A program made the translations under genes and the position numbers. DNA of 40,078 bases, filler included, from Glaucostegus cemiculus (taxonomy: Eukaryota), in the NCBI GenBank assembly GCA_976551045.1. It is 3 parts of 3 records of this genome, joined end to end, with 100 filler letters (N's around TTAATTAATTAA, not from the genome) between each part and the next. Parts side by side here need not be neighbours in the genome. Positions count along the whole stretch, not along the records: positions 1 to 1,696 come from CDPCPM010000289.1; positions 1,797 to 26,028 come from CDPCPM010000010.1; 1 more part is not named here. One strand, 5' to 3'. The notes beneath the pieces are model-generated. The model worked only from the letters and a program-made list of their open reading frames with translations, was not told where the DNA came from and searched no databases. Of the stretch, positions 1 through 10,139 are shown in pieces. Every line of letters begins with the position of its first letter. The first letter of the stretch is position 1.

Positions 1-164
1 GCAGAGTCGCTGTGTCTTCCCACGTTGATGGCCTCTGAAAGCAGCGCCCCCCCCCAACCTTAGTCATTCTCCACCCTGCTACACACGCCCCCCTCTCCCT
101 CTTCCCCCCTTTCAGTGCATCTTAGAACTAACCTCACCCCTAATTCCAGCTCTGGTGGAAGTTC

Positions 165-215
165 TCGCTCCGCAGACGCTGCCCGACCTGCTGAGTATTC
201 CAGCGTTTATTGCTC
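165..215 (+). repeat. Penelope-derived terminal-repeat fragment (in intron 1)
   Basis: CAGACGCTGCCCGACCTGCTGAGTATTCCAGC; the same motif recurs at 750, 22415, 22757 and, reverse-complemented, at 35380 and 37785. Confidence 0.6.
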
Positions 216-331
216 ACTTTTACCCGTGCACAGTGAGTTGGTGGGACGAACAGTTGTGCCCGGACACCGGGGAGGAGTGCACGGCGCCGATTGCCGGGGA
301 GCTCCCCCTGTCCCCGCTTCCCCTGCCCTAC

Positions 332-424
332 CTTGCGCCGGTGCTCCCGGTAACAGGTCAGATCCCACCTCCGCTGCAGGAGCTTGCTTCCGCAGGGGAG
401 TACGGGCTGGTAGGCGCGGTGCAT
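332..424 (-). CDS. CFAP97D2: CFAP97 domain-containing protein (CFAP97D2-like), coding exon 1; gene continues left of the window
   Basis: ATG at 424 in GCGGCC-ATG Kozak context. 31 codons MHRAYQPVLPCGSKLLQRRWDLTCYREHRRK, then a phase-0 donor AAG|GTAGGG (GT at 331-330). The peptide matches the N-terminus typical of vertebrate CFAP97D2-type proteins (MHRAYQPxxPCGxKxLQxxWDxxxYxEHRRKV). Paralog assignment within the family is not verified. Confidence 0.85.
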
Positions 425-489
425 GGCCGCGGCTGGCTGCTGACAGCTCCCGTGTGTCCGGCTCAGTGTTTGCGCCGGATCAGGTGCCG

Positions 490-512
490 GTTGCTATGCC
501 GGTTGCTGCAAC
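490..512. promoter_or_regulatory. RFX X-box-like element(s)
   Basis: GTTGCTATG (490-498) followed by palindromic GTTGC-T-GCAAC (502-512), 66-88 bp upstream of the ATG. RFX X-boxes (GTTGCCATGGCAAC-like) are typical of ciliary gene promoters. Confidence 0.55.
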
Positions 513-744
513 AGCGGGACCTTTGTTGCTGGTCTAACGGAGCTCGGCATCGCCTCGGCCTCCCTCGCCCATCGGCTTCTCCCAATGCACAACCGGCCCT
601 GTCCGCACCAGTGCAGTCCGTGTCCCCGGACCTGGCACCAGGGCACTCGTGTGTGCAGCCCCGATCGTGCAGACACTTACACGGGGAAACGGCGAACAAC
701 TGCGCCAAAAACCGGAGCACAAGTAACCCGCTGGAAGCGTTTCC

Positions 745-790
745 CTCCCCACAGACGCTGCCTGACCTGCTGAGTGTTTCCAGCCTCTGC
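745..790 (+). repeat. Penelope-derived terminal-repeat fragment
   Basis: ACAGACGCTGCCTGACCTGCTGAGTGTTTCCAGC, same family as 165-215. Confidence 0.6.
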
Positions 791-804
791 AGCTCTTCCA
801 CCTT

Positions 805-1395
805 TGACCAGGAGATGTGGCTGGACACTGGCTGGGCTCAGAGACACCCCACCCCAGCTGTTCCCCGGCTTCACATCCAGCACAGGCAGAGGGGGCCTCG
901 GGTTAATGCCCAGCTCCCTGACCGGCTGCAGCTGGAACCCTGCAGCTGCTACCCTGTCAGTGTTGTCTCACTGCCCCCCCCAACAGTGCACCCCTCAGTA
1001 CCACCCCTCCCACTGCCCCCTCCCACAGTGGAACCATCCCTCACTGCCCCCTCCCACAGTGGAACCATCCCTCACTGTCCCCCTCCCACAGTGGGACCCT
1101 CCCTCACTGCCCCCTCCCACAGTGGAACCCTCCCTCAGTACCACCCCTCCCACAGTGTGACCCTCCCTCAGTACCACCCCTCCCACAGTGTGACCCTCCC
1201 TCAGTACCAGCCCTCCCACAGTGTGACCCTCCCTCAGTACCAGCCCTCCCACAGTGTGACCCTCCCTCAGTACCACCCCTCCCACAGTGTGACCCTCCCT
1301 CAGTACCAGCCCTCCCACAGTTTGACCCTCCCTCTGTACTGCCGTCCCACAATGCAGCATTCCCTCAGCAGTACTCCTCCCATGGGTCGCCCCTC
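805..1395 (-). mobile_element. Decayed DeuSINE/SacSINE-like SINE with an internally expanded minisatellite
   Basis: CACATCC...GGCAGAGGGGGCCTCGGGTTAATG (872-908) and CACAATGCAGCATTCCCTCAG (1348-1368) are collinear with the antisense SINE; the latter matches the SINE copy at 33107-33127. Confidence 0.55.
980..1375. repeat. Minisatellite, 33-bp unit CCCTCCCACAGTGTGACCCTCCCTCAGTACCA(C/G), with shorter variant units at its left end
   Basis: Directly visible tandem copies; translates as repeating PSHSVTLPQY(H/Q) in the ORF track. Confidence 0.95.
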
Positions 1396-1449
1396 AGGCT
1401 CCCTCGTTCCATTCCATTGTTGGATCCAATTAGCCAGTTATTTATATAA

Positions 1450-1696
1450 AATGTAAAAGTTGAGGCTGTAGTTTTATGGGGCATTTAGTGAGACCACATT
1501 TGGAGTTCTGAATACAATATTTATTTTATTTAAGGATGTTCGTGTGTTGAAAGCAGTTAAGAGAAGGTTTACTGGATTAATACTTGGAATGGGTGCTGTT
1601 GCCTTCTGAGGAAAGTGGCCGGGGTAGGGTCTATATCTGCTGGGGTTTAAAAACTGAAAGGGAATTCAACACAAGATCCTGAGGGATCTTGCCAGG
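1450..1696 (+). mobile_element. Decayed CR1 LINE ORF2 C-terminal fragment, cut by the spacer
   Basis: TTAGTGAGACCACATTTGGAG (LVRPHLE), GAAGGTTTACTGGATTAATAC (RFTxLI), AAGATCCTGAGGGATCTT (KILRxL); frameshifted. Confidence 0.75.
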
Positions 1697-1796
1697 NNNN
1701 NNNNNNNNNNNNNNNNNNNNNNNNNNNNNNNNNNNNNNNNTTAATTAATTAANNNNNNNNNNNNNNNNNNNNNNNNNNNNNNNNNNNNNNNNNNNN
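1697..1796. other. Artificial gap/linker N44-TTAATTAATTAA-N44
   Basis: Exactly 100 bp; the central 12-mer gives stop codons in all six frames; identical to 26029-26128. Confidence 0.97.
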
Positions 1797-2344
1797 ATTT
1801 CAATCCCTTAAATTCCAAGTATCTTACTATTAACAATCCACCAACCATGGAGTCTTTCCGAGACCAAAGTTCTTTACGTGGGGAAAAATTTAACCATTGA
1901 CAATTCACTTAATGAAAGGAAATAATAATTATGGAAACTACGAAGGGGATTCCTAATTGACAATGAGTCGAGGCAATTGCAATAATGTCCGAAGGCAGTC
2001 AGTAAATGAAATTCAGTCACATATAAAATGTCAATATTGAGTTGAAATAGTCACATTTTAAAGTATCAAGAGCATAATGAAAAGCAACAAGAAGGCAATT
2101 AGTTAATGCTTTTTTCCCCAATTTGGATCCAGGAATTTACAAACCCGTTCCAATCTGCAAGCCTTTCTCATTAATTAGTTATGGAGCACTGGATTGCTTT
2201 CAAATAATGGGTCGTGTAATTGTGCAAAATGTAAGTGGCGTTCAATGAGTCATTCCATTTCAAGAAAATCATCAAGTGCATCACCAAAAAGTAAAGGGGT
2301 CTGTTTAGTATTGCGATCTTTCTATGTGTTGCAGAATGGGGGCA

Positions 2345-2720
2345 GGAAAGGAGTTAGAAGAATGACAGGCGATTTTTTTGAGACATACAATACATTAGGG
2401 GACTGGACGTGCCAAATGCTGGGAAATACCTCAAGGGAGAGTCGAAGATCAGGGGACATGGTCTCACTAATAAGGGCACGGAAATTTAAGACAGGGATGT
2501 TGAATAATTTCCTCTCTCAAAGGATAACGAGTCTTTGAAAGTTCTTGCTCCAGAAAGCTGTGGAGTCCTTTAATATAAAGAAGTCTAATCTATTTCAGTT
2601 TTTAATTGCTAAGCAAATCAAGGTTTAGCGGGATGGGATCAGCCATGATGTTATTTAATGGCAGAACAGGCTTAGTGAGCTAAATGGCCTACTCCTGTTC
2701 CTATTCCTTATGGGTCTATG
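2345..2720 (+). mobile_element. CR1 LINE 3' end
   Basis: AGAAGAATGACAGGCGAT...GAGACATACAA (RRMxGD...ETY), AGGGGACAT (RGH) and the CR1-type 3' UTR GATCAGCCATGAT...AATGGCCTACTCCTGTTCCTATT. Confidence 0.8.
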
Positions 2721-2799
2721 GTCTCATATGGGTTGTAGCACACAGATATGTACCAATTATCATTCAGTTTGAGCAAGAATTAATGATGGAAATTTAAAT

Positions 2800-2870
2800 G
2801 GAAATGCTGAAAACATTCAGTTGGTCAGTCAGCACCCATGTAAGCAGAAACCATAGCTTCAGGTGATTTC
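2800..2870 (-). repeat. Penelope-derived repeat fragment, decayed
   Basis: AAATGCTGAAAACATTCAGTTGGTCAGTCAGCA resembles the antisense of the repeat at 745-790. Confidence 0.45.
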
Positions 2871-3559
2871 CTTTGGCTTTAGATTTATTATCAGAGTTAG
2901 AAAGATGCAGATAAACAGGCTTTTAAAATATAGAGCCCATGGAGGAGGGATGAAAGAAACACTGAATCAAGAAATAAAATGACCAAACTTAAGTTCCAAT
3001 AAGAAATTTCTAGTTAGTACTAGATGCTCCCCTGGGTTTAGTGTTCCTGGTAAGTGGATCCTGAACCCCCTTACAATGGGGAGATCAACATACAGCCCAA
3101 TATCTGGTTACCTGTTATTCACCCAGAATTGTAACAATAAAAGACACTGTTGTATGAACAAGATATTTAATTCCATCTGGTCTATTATGTAAGCTTCCCC
3201 AATCCTCTGAAAGGCAGGCTGATACTTCATTGACACAATAATGGATCAACAGGCTGATCTATTCTACAAAATGAGCAACATTTCATAGTAAATCTCACCT
3301 TTAACTTATTTTTATGAACCTTGCATTTTAAAAGTTATTTGTTCCATAATGCCCCTGGAAGTGCACACTTCTAAGTTAAAGGCTCCTTGAGCTTCTGAAA
3401 GCTGTCCTTACATAGAGGACTTTCTCTCTTTTAAGCTGGACATCCCTAACCAGATGTCTTTGCTCTTTCGGTTCTTACCAGGGTAGGAAGCCAAGAGCTT
3501 AACCTCTAACCATCTCCATATCCCCTGAAATAAAACATACAGCTTAACAGAAATTTGAT

Positions 3560-3725
3560 ATAAAAACTGCTGAAAAACTGATTCAGCTGTGCTTGTGGAA
3601 GAACAGAAAGAAGAGTTAACATTTCAGCAACATGAAGACGATCTGAAAAAGAGGTGGTTGTGTTCCTGAAAGGCTAACTTGATCCTTTTCTCACAGTCGC
3701 TACCTAATCTTCTGAATTTTTCCAT
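3560..3725. repeat. Inverted pair of Penelope-derived repeat arms
   Basis: Left arm ...GAAAGAAGAGTTAACATTTCAG and right arm CTGAAAGGCTAACTTGATCCTTTTCTCACAG...CTGAATTTTTCCA are imperfect reverse complements. Confidence 0.5.
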
Positions 3726-4119
3726 GCACGTTTATCTCCCAGCTCAGTGTGTCTGGGGATCACTAGCAGTGCTTCCAATCAAGTAGGACTACCACCCCCC
3801 AGGTGAGAACTCCTGGCAATGAACCCCAGCTGACTTCAAATGAATAGAGTAATTCCAACATCTCACACATAAATGTTTACTGAGCTGTTTTAAATGAACC
3901 TCTATTGTCCAAAAGAATCTAAATTAATGTACTTTCATCCAATTCCTTCCTTCGTCAAACAGTCAGAAATTCCATAATGTGATAGTGGCTCATCTAAAAA
4001 GATTAGTGCCTCAAGTTGTGTACGTATCAGGAAATCTTTTGTTGACCAAGCAAATTAAAGCCTTGTATATTCTTATTCCACTGATTTCTGCAGCCACCAC
4101 TTCTTCTTGGGTGCCAACT

Positions 4120-4955
4120 TCATTCAATGATAGCACTCTGACCCTGAGTCAGAAAGTCATGGGTTCAAAAAATCACTTCATAAATCAAGGCTGGTATTTC
4201 TCTGAAATGTTAGCTTGTTAAAGGAGCAGACTTTAGTTGAGACTCTTGGGGAATTTTGAAAAAAATGCCGATAGTGCAAGCACATTGGTTGTGCCGGTGG
4301 AAGTCCGAAGAATTTTGAGGCCTTGGCATTCACATTATGGAGCTGCAAGCACCAAAAAAACAACTGTGGGGTGACTCCATAATCCTCGAAGAGCAAAAGA
4401 AAACACCCCACTCGCTGGCAGCTCTGTCCAGCATGTCAGGTCTGTGGGTGGGGAACAAATGGTAGGAGGTGGAGGGGAACATGATTTGCATAATTAAGCC
4501 ATCTTCTGCATGGTTCTCATAAATCTGCAGGACTGGGTAAAAACTGCATCAGGTTTGCATTGGGCATTATGGACTTGCCAAACCCACCCTCTTCAGCAGT
4601 CACTTATGGCTGCCCATTTTTCAGGCAACAAACAAATGATCTGCAGTTCTAAATCCATGCAGCTAGCCAAGACTCATTAAATTGAGGCCCAGTCTTACTC
4701 CTTGGATGAATGCAAAAGATCCCACAGCACTTTTTCCACAGAGTACTGGGTTCTCTTGGAGCCCTAGGCACCATTCACCTTTCAAAGACCACCACCAAGC
4801 AGATTAATGGGCCATTAATCCCACTACTAATGGTAGATACCTTGCTGTGCACAAATAGTTAGCTGTGTTAAAAGCAATATCGCCGTTTGTCATTGTCTTT
4901 GTCACATTTTGCTACAGAATGAAAATGTGAAAAGCCCTCTATAAATATTGGCTCT
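4120..4955 (+). mobile_element. DeuSINE/SacSINE-like SINE interrupted by an insertion at 4246-4675
   Basis: tRNA-like head TAGCACTCTGACCCTGAGTCAGAAAGTCATGGGTTCAA; body resumes at ATTAAATTGAGGCCCAGTCT...AAAAGATCCCACAGCAC; Deu-like CTTGCTGTGCACAAAT; tail GTGAAAAGCCCTCTATAAAT. Confidence 0.7.
4246..4675. mobile_element. Unclassified ~430-bp insertion (possible non-autonomous DNA transposon)
   Basis: Interrupts a collinear SINE; AGACTC at both 4240-4245 and 4670-4675; short inverted ends CTTGG/CCAAG. Confidence 0.45.
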
Positions 4956-5429
4956 TAATGTTCTTTAACAACTAGTGGAAAAATGCAGTTGTTTCTGATG
5001 TAGATTTTCTTATTAGGCAAATACATTTACATCAGATGTTAGACTTTGGCTGCTGTTTCAAAATAAAAAAATATACAATGTGGTTTCCTTCTTGAATATC
5101 TTTTAAACCCATTAACGTTTTTGGTCTTGAGGGTGCATTATGTTACACAACATTCCAACAAGCAGTCGACCTCAGTTATAGTCTTGTGATTAATGGAGAT
5201 ATTTTGAACAAATTGGGAAGTCTCTCAAAATATAAGCAAATAATTCAGTGTGCAATATATCTAAATGTTAGATTTTAATTTTTGAAAGATGCCTTAATTC
5301 TACAAAATTGTAGGTTTCAACCTTGGTTTCCAACAATACATAATCACATTTAATCAGCAGAGCGATGTTTCCAATCTTCATTTTAGTAATGCTAACCCTG
5401 GAACTATTCAGCAAGATGCCCTATAAATA

Positions 5430-5536
5430 TGAAGCAACAATCTGGTGGCGGGACTCAGTGGGTTGAGCAGTATCTGGGGTGGGGGGGGGGGGGGAGAGGA
5501 ATTGTCAACGTTTCAGGTCAAAACCCTGCATAAGGA
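5430..5536 (-). repeat. Penelope-derived repeat with a degenerate hammerhead motif
   Basis: Antisense reads CCTTATGCAGGGTTTTGACCTGAAACGTTGAC followed by the usual CAGATACTGCTCAACCCACTGAG arm. Confidence 0.65.
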
Positions 5537-7229
5537 ATACCTACAGTCTTTTGTGTCACCCTATTAATATGTCCCTACTGTTGCTGTCTTTGACAGAACA
5601 GCATTACAATTTGAGTCTGTTAGGTATCACCCATTTTATTGGGAGAGGAAGAAAGATTTTTGTCCAGGACCCACGTCCGAAAGTTATTATTGATACTGTA
5701 TATGGAAATAGGAGTCTAATGTTTGAGAGCCCACCTCAAAATGTTCCCCCAATGGCAACACAGACCAGTGTCAACCGTGGTCAGTTAAATCTAAACATCA
5801 AATGTGCCTACTTCAATGTGTACTGATGGAGTATACCTCCAGATGCTGGAATGTAAGAAAATGAGCTGCCATTCACAACCCCATCCCAGGTAGACTTTTC
5901 CCATTACCTTTTCCACACAAGGGCAATTGCAGACACCATTTCTAGCCTTCCTTGTTTGACCGCCAACCCTACTTTTTTGCTCCCTTTTCCCAGCCTCTAA
6001 TCCACAATGCTTCAATCCTGCATTAGGATCAAGGATACCCAAAGATTTCCTAGTCCAAATGCTCGAAGGTTGGGAAGTCTGCTGCAAATGAATGTAAACA
6101 TTTCAAAACTGACTGATTTTGCTTTTTGTGTGTGCATTAAATATGGGTTCAAATGCATTCAATTGCTAGGCACTAGTTTACCATCAACAAGAAAGCTTAT
6201 TTTCAATAGTTTCAACCAGTAATTTGTTCCAACATTAATATGAATACATTAAGTATGTCATTTTCAGGTAAATAGCTATATGAAATCAGAGAAAAGCTCC
6301 TGCTTACTTGTATGAGTGCATACTATCACAACTACAAAGTGCATCTTCTCTGAATACAACCCAAGAATGGTGCCCTGTTGTTACCTTAATGCATTGCATT
6401 TTGATTCTGGCTGTGGACATAGGCAAGAAACTTGCATTTTGAAGCCTTGCTCTCAATGACACTTTTGGCAGCAGAAATATTATTGTGAACAAGCCATTTG
6501 ACATTTAAGAGTTTTCACACACTCTCATTTCAGTACATATACCTTAGCTGATATCATCAGCTGTTACAAAGCTCACTGCCTTGTGTCATGCATTTGGACA
6601 TAAACCAGACAAACTGAGTTTCAGATTTTATTGCTTACCTCCATCTAGGGATACATTAGCAAGCATTCAATACTATGCATGGAATCAAGGGATGGAATTG
6701 GCCTACAAGTTTGGCAGTGAGGGAATTAAAAGGGAAAATGTTGATATGAGCAGGAGGACCAGATGCTGATTCAAAAGCAAGAAACTACAGCAGGCTGAGA
6801 TCTCCTTTAAAATCTCCTGGCACAGAATCCACATTTCCTTGCTTTCAACAAATCCACTTTTGAGTCTTCATTTTACTTATTTTATTACTAGATGGTGCAG
6901 CTAGATTAATAAATCTGAATGCGACTGGATTTTCAATAATCTAAAGTCCTTTGAAGTCATGGCACACAGCCACAGAAAGGACCATCGAGTGTGTCAGCAC
7001 ACTAAAGCCCAACAGGCAGGATCATTGAGGGTCAGAGGCTGTCTGTTAACTGAGTTGTCAATCTCAGCCAAATTCAAGTACTTCCCCTTGGAGATTGGTG
7101 TGTCCACATTGGGCTGGTTTCATTTACCACCCAGCAACCAGCCACATAGCTGTGTTGATACTAGGCTGGGAGCAGTTGCACACCTACAGTGATATTACTT
7201 TGGGTGTGTCCTGTGCACATGTTAACCAT

Positions 7230-7445
7230 TGGGGATCCCAGGTCCATGACTGCTGGGAATGGACAAGGAGCATTTGAAATAGCACTGAGAAACTCGAGCC
7301 CATCAGCAGGAGTACAACCTATTCACCCGTCTGTCCCATCTGGCATCTCCTGCCCGATATGTGGGAGAGTTTACAAGTCCCTCATCAGTCACCTCAGAAG
7401 TCTGAGTGGAAGGAAGCCACCCTCAATCCAGAGGGGCTGCTGAAG
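7230..7445 (+). mobile_element. RTE-clade LINE 3' end
   Basis: C-terminal Zn-knuckle-like CPICGRVYKSLISHLRS in ORF 7189..7443, then tail CCTCAATCCAGAGGGGCTGC; similar to 33590-33820. Confidence 0.65.
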
Positions 7446-10139
7446 TAGAATGTAATCCATTCATATTAGCTAATGCCTTGCTAACCAGGAGTGAAACAGT
7501 AAGAACAGCATTCTATTAACTTAGATGCAGAAAGGCGTTACACATTCATTTATCAACACTGAGATGGATAGGTGTATTTTCTAAATAGTGATCCATTGAA
7601 GCAATTACATTGTGTTTGAAAATATATTCAGCTTGAAAATCACACATCACTAAAAAAAAATCGTGTTGGTCAAATTCGACCACATAATGTAAAATTCCTT
7701 TGATAAACTTTATCTTAAACATCTGAAAGCAAATATTTATAAAATCATCAGCAGCACAGAAGCTAAGAACACATAAAGCAAGATCTTTAACTTGATGTTT
7801 TGCAGACATGGTACATTTAAACATGCACACAGTATCTGTCCTCCTTCAAGCACACTGACTCTAGCTACAAGTCAAACTTTCACCGAGATTATAATTTACA
7901 ATTATTATGTTCTTGTCAATATAACGGTGGAGAAGTTAACTTGAATTCAAAGTGACATTTTACACTCACTTTTTTTTAAATAAAGGAAGACATTTAGTAT
8001 TAGAAGTAGCACTGTGACTTCAAACATCACACAAATAAATCCATGTACTTGAGCCAAGCTCTTTCCAGATACTACAATAGAACATGGACTTTACAGTGTG
8101 TCAGATTACTCTTAAAGAGGGAACTCTGCCCACATTTCAACAAACATCTTTGAGAACTGAACAACTTGTGCTGCATTTATTTCCTTTTCTTCCAGTTCAA
8201 GAGAATAGTTTTCAGAACGTGTTTTGTGTAAACAGCTACTTCTTAAATATTCCACTAAGACCTTTAAAACAAAATTGCCACTTTATATGTTGCAAGCTTT
8301 ATCTTTCAAGGCTGTCAAAATAACACAAGTGTTACATGCATGTTTTGCATGCTAAAACACATCCAATTTTCATAGAAGCAAAACAATTTGATATGCAGTA
8401 ACATGTCCACTTTTGCAAAAGGGTGCAACATTAAAAAGCAGTGAGAATTGTAATATATTAGTCCCTTCACTGACATTAAAGAGACATGTTTCAAATTAAT
8501 TACCTTTTTGTTTTCTTCCCCTTCCTTTACCACGTCTTTCACCCTTCTTTTTTCCTGTGTTCTTTTTCTTGTTCTCAGACATGCTGTGTAGTTGGAAACT
8601 AATCCTAGTACAGACGCAACAGACTATCCTGTATGAAGACTAGCTTAACTTCCTTGTCCCTTATGTTTATTCAACACCCACTGTTGCACCTCCTACTACT
8701 AGATGACGTCTGTTAGAGGCTGCCTGGATGGGGGTTTCCCATGCAGCAACCATTAACTAAACAAGCTTTCCCCTCCCAGTGATTTATTCACTGAATATTT
8801 TAATTATTTTGGTTAGAGTAGCATAGAGGCAATTTTGAATAACTGCAGAAAAGCTATACCCAAGCTTACCAAGGGTGAATGGACACATTTTCCTACCCTA
8901 GTTTTAGCAGAAATTATTTTATGGTTTTGTATGTGATAAGTAAGCAAAGCCAAACAAGCACACTTGTGCCAAACACATGTGGTTCAGAAACTCTAGTGCA
9001 CCTAAATGCGTAAGTTAGATAGGCATTGGGGCAACACATCAGCAACCATTTTTGCCGTGTTCTTGGCAATGCAGATTATACTTTGGTGTAAGGAAAATAT
9101 GCTGTCCACAACTGAGGCTGGCTTTGGCTGGGGAGAGGCATGGGATGTGAAGAAAGAGCCAGCAGCTGTCGACCAAAGATTGGGCGTGGAGACATGAGTG
9201 GCCAAGGACTGGGTGGGGGAGGCGTCAAACACATGTGCCGATTAAGTGGTCTGAAACATTTGTTTGAGGTAAGTAGTACCTGGGTACATAGTGGGGTTGG
9301 AACCATGAGGGGGGTGAGGTGTGTTGTTGGGCAGGGCATTGGGATATCACAAAGCTGGTGTCAGGAAGGAGAGTGAGGAGGTGTTTGTCACTATACAATT
9401 ATGGATTGCTCAAAGGATCAAAGATTACAATGGGACTTGAACTTACAAGGGTCTGGGTCTAGACACCTAATTGTCCCAAAAATGCCCAGCAATGGCTGCT
9501 CCTGAGACAACTTGGTTTAAGTCCCTCTACTATATTCAAAAAAGAGTCATTTGGCAAAGAATAGTGACACTCCATTCACAACTGCATCAGGTGTGCAAGA
9601 TTGAATCATTCCAGAGGCTTGTGAATGATTTTCCAGAGCAATGCAAAACAACCTCGTCATTATCGTGCTCTGACAGGAAAAGTCAATTTTCTAACATGTA
9701 ATGCTGAAATGAACAATGTTGAGTGATTGGATTTCCAGGCAATGTATTTTTGAAGGTGTTTCAACTGGTTTATTAAATTCTCATGAGAAACTATTAACAA
9801 AGCCCCACCAATGGGACATTCAGTTATTTTCAATGATTACCCACTGAGGCCACAGAAAGAATTACCGTGGAAAACCTAAATACAGGCCACATTGGCAAAA
9901 GCTACTGAAAACATTTCTGTAGATCTTGGCAAGTATCAAAATTACACTACCCATCAATTTTAAGTAGAGTTCAGGAAGCTGGAGGGATGCAGCAAGGGCA
10001 AAATACTCAGCAGTATCCATTTCATGGTAGAGTTGAATGAGGCAGAGATGAAATGTCATTCAGTGCATATTTTCTGATGGGCCTTCGGCTTAAAGATCAG
10101 AGATTGAATCCATGGCTGCTGGACAGATACTTGCTACAA

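Larger units (their letters stand above)
160..760. promoter_or_regulatory. CpG island spanning the promoter and first exon of the CFAP97D2-like gene
   Basis: GC-rich with dense CpG dinucleotides, against an AT-rich, CpG-depleted remainder; overlaps the ATG exon. Confidence 0.75.

Noticed and set aside
140-331. C-terminal part of ORF 140..424
   Set aside because: Read-through into intron 1; family similarity stops at the GT donor at 331-330.
980-1375. CRISPR-like periodic array
   Set aside because: Head-to-tail repeats with no unique spacers, in vertebrate DNA with no cas genes.
155-1456. 433-aa + strand ORF and overlapping long ORFs
   Set aside because: Stop-poor GC-rich island plus repeat fragments and a 33-bp minisatellite; no recognisable domain, non-ATG start, antisense to the real exon.
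3479-3524. 46-nt minus-strand segment with good AG and GTAAGA splice signals
   Set aside because: The acceptor (TTTTATTTCAG) matches the adjacent Penelope-derived repeat motif and the peptide is unrecognisable; unsupported without RNA data.
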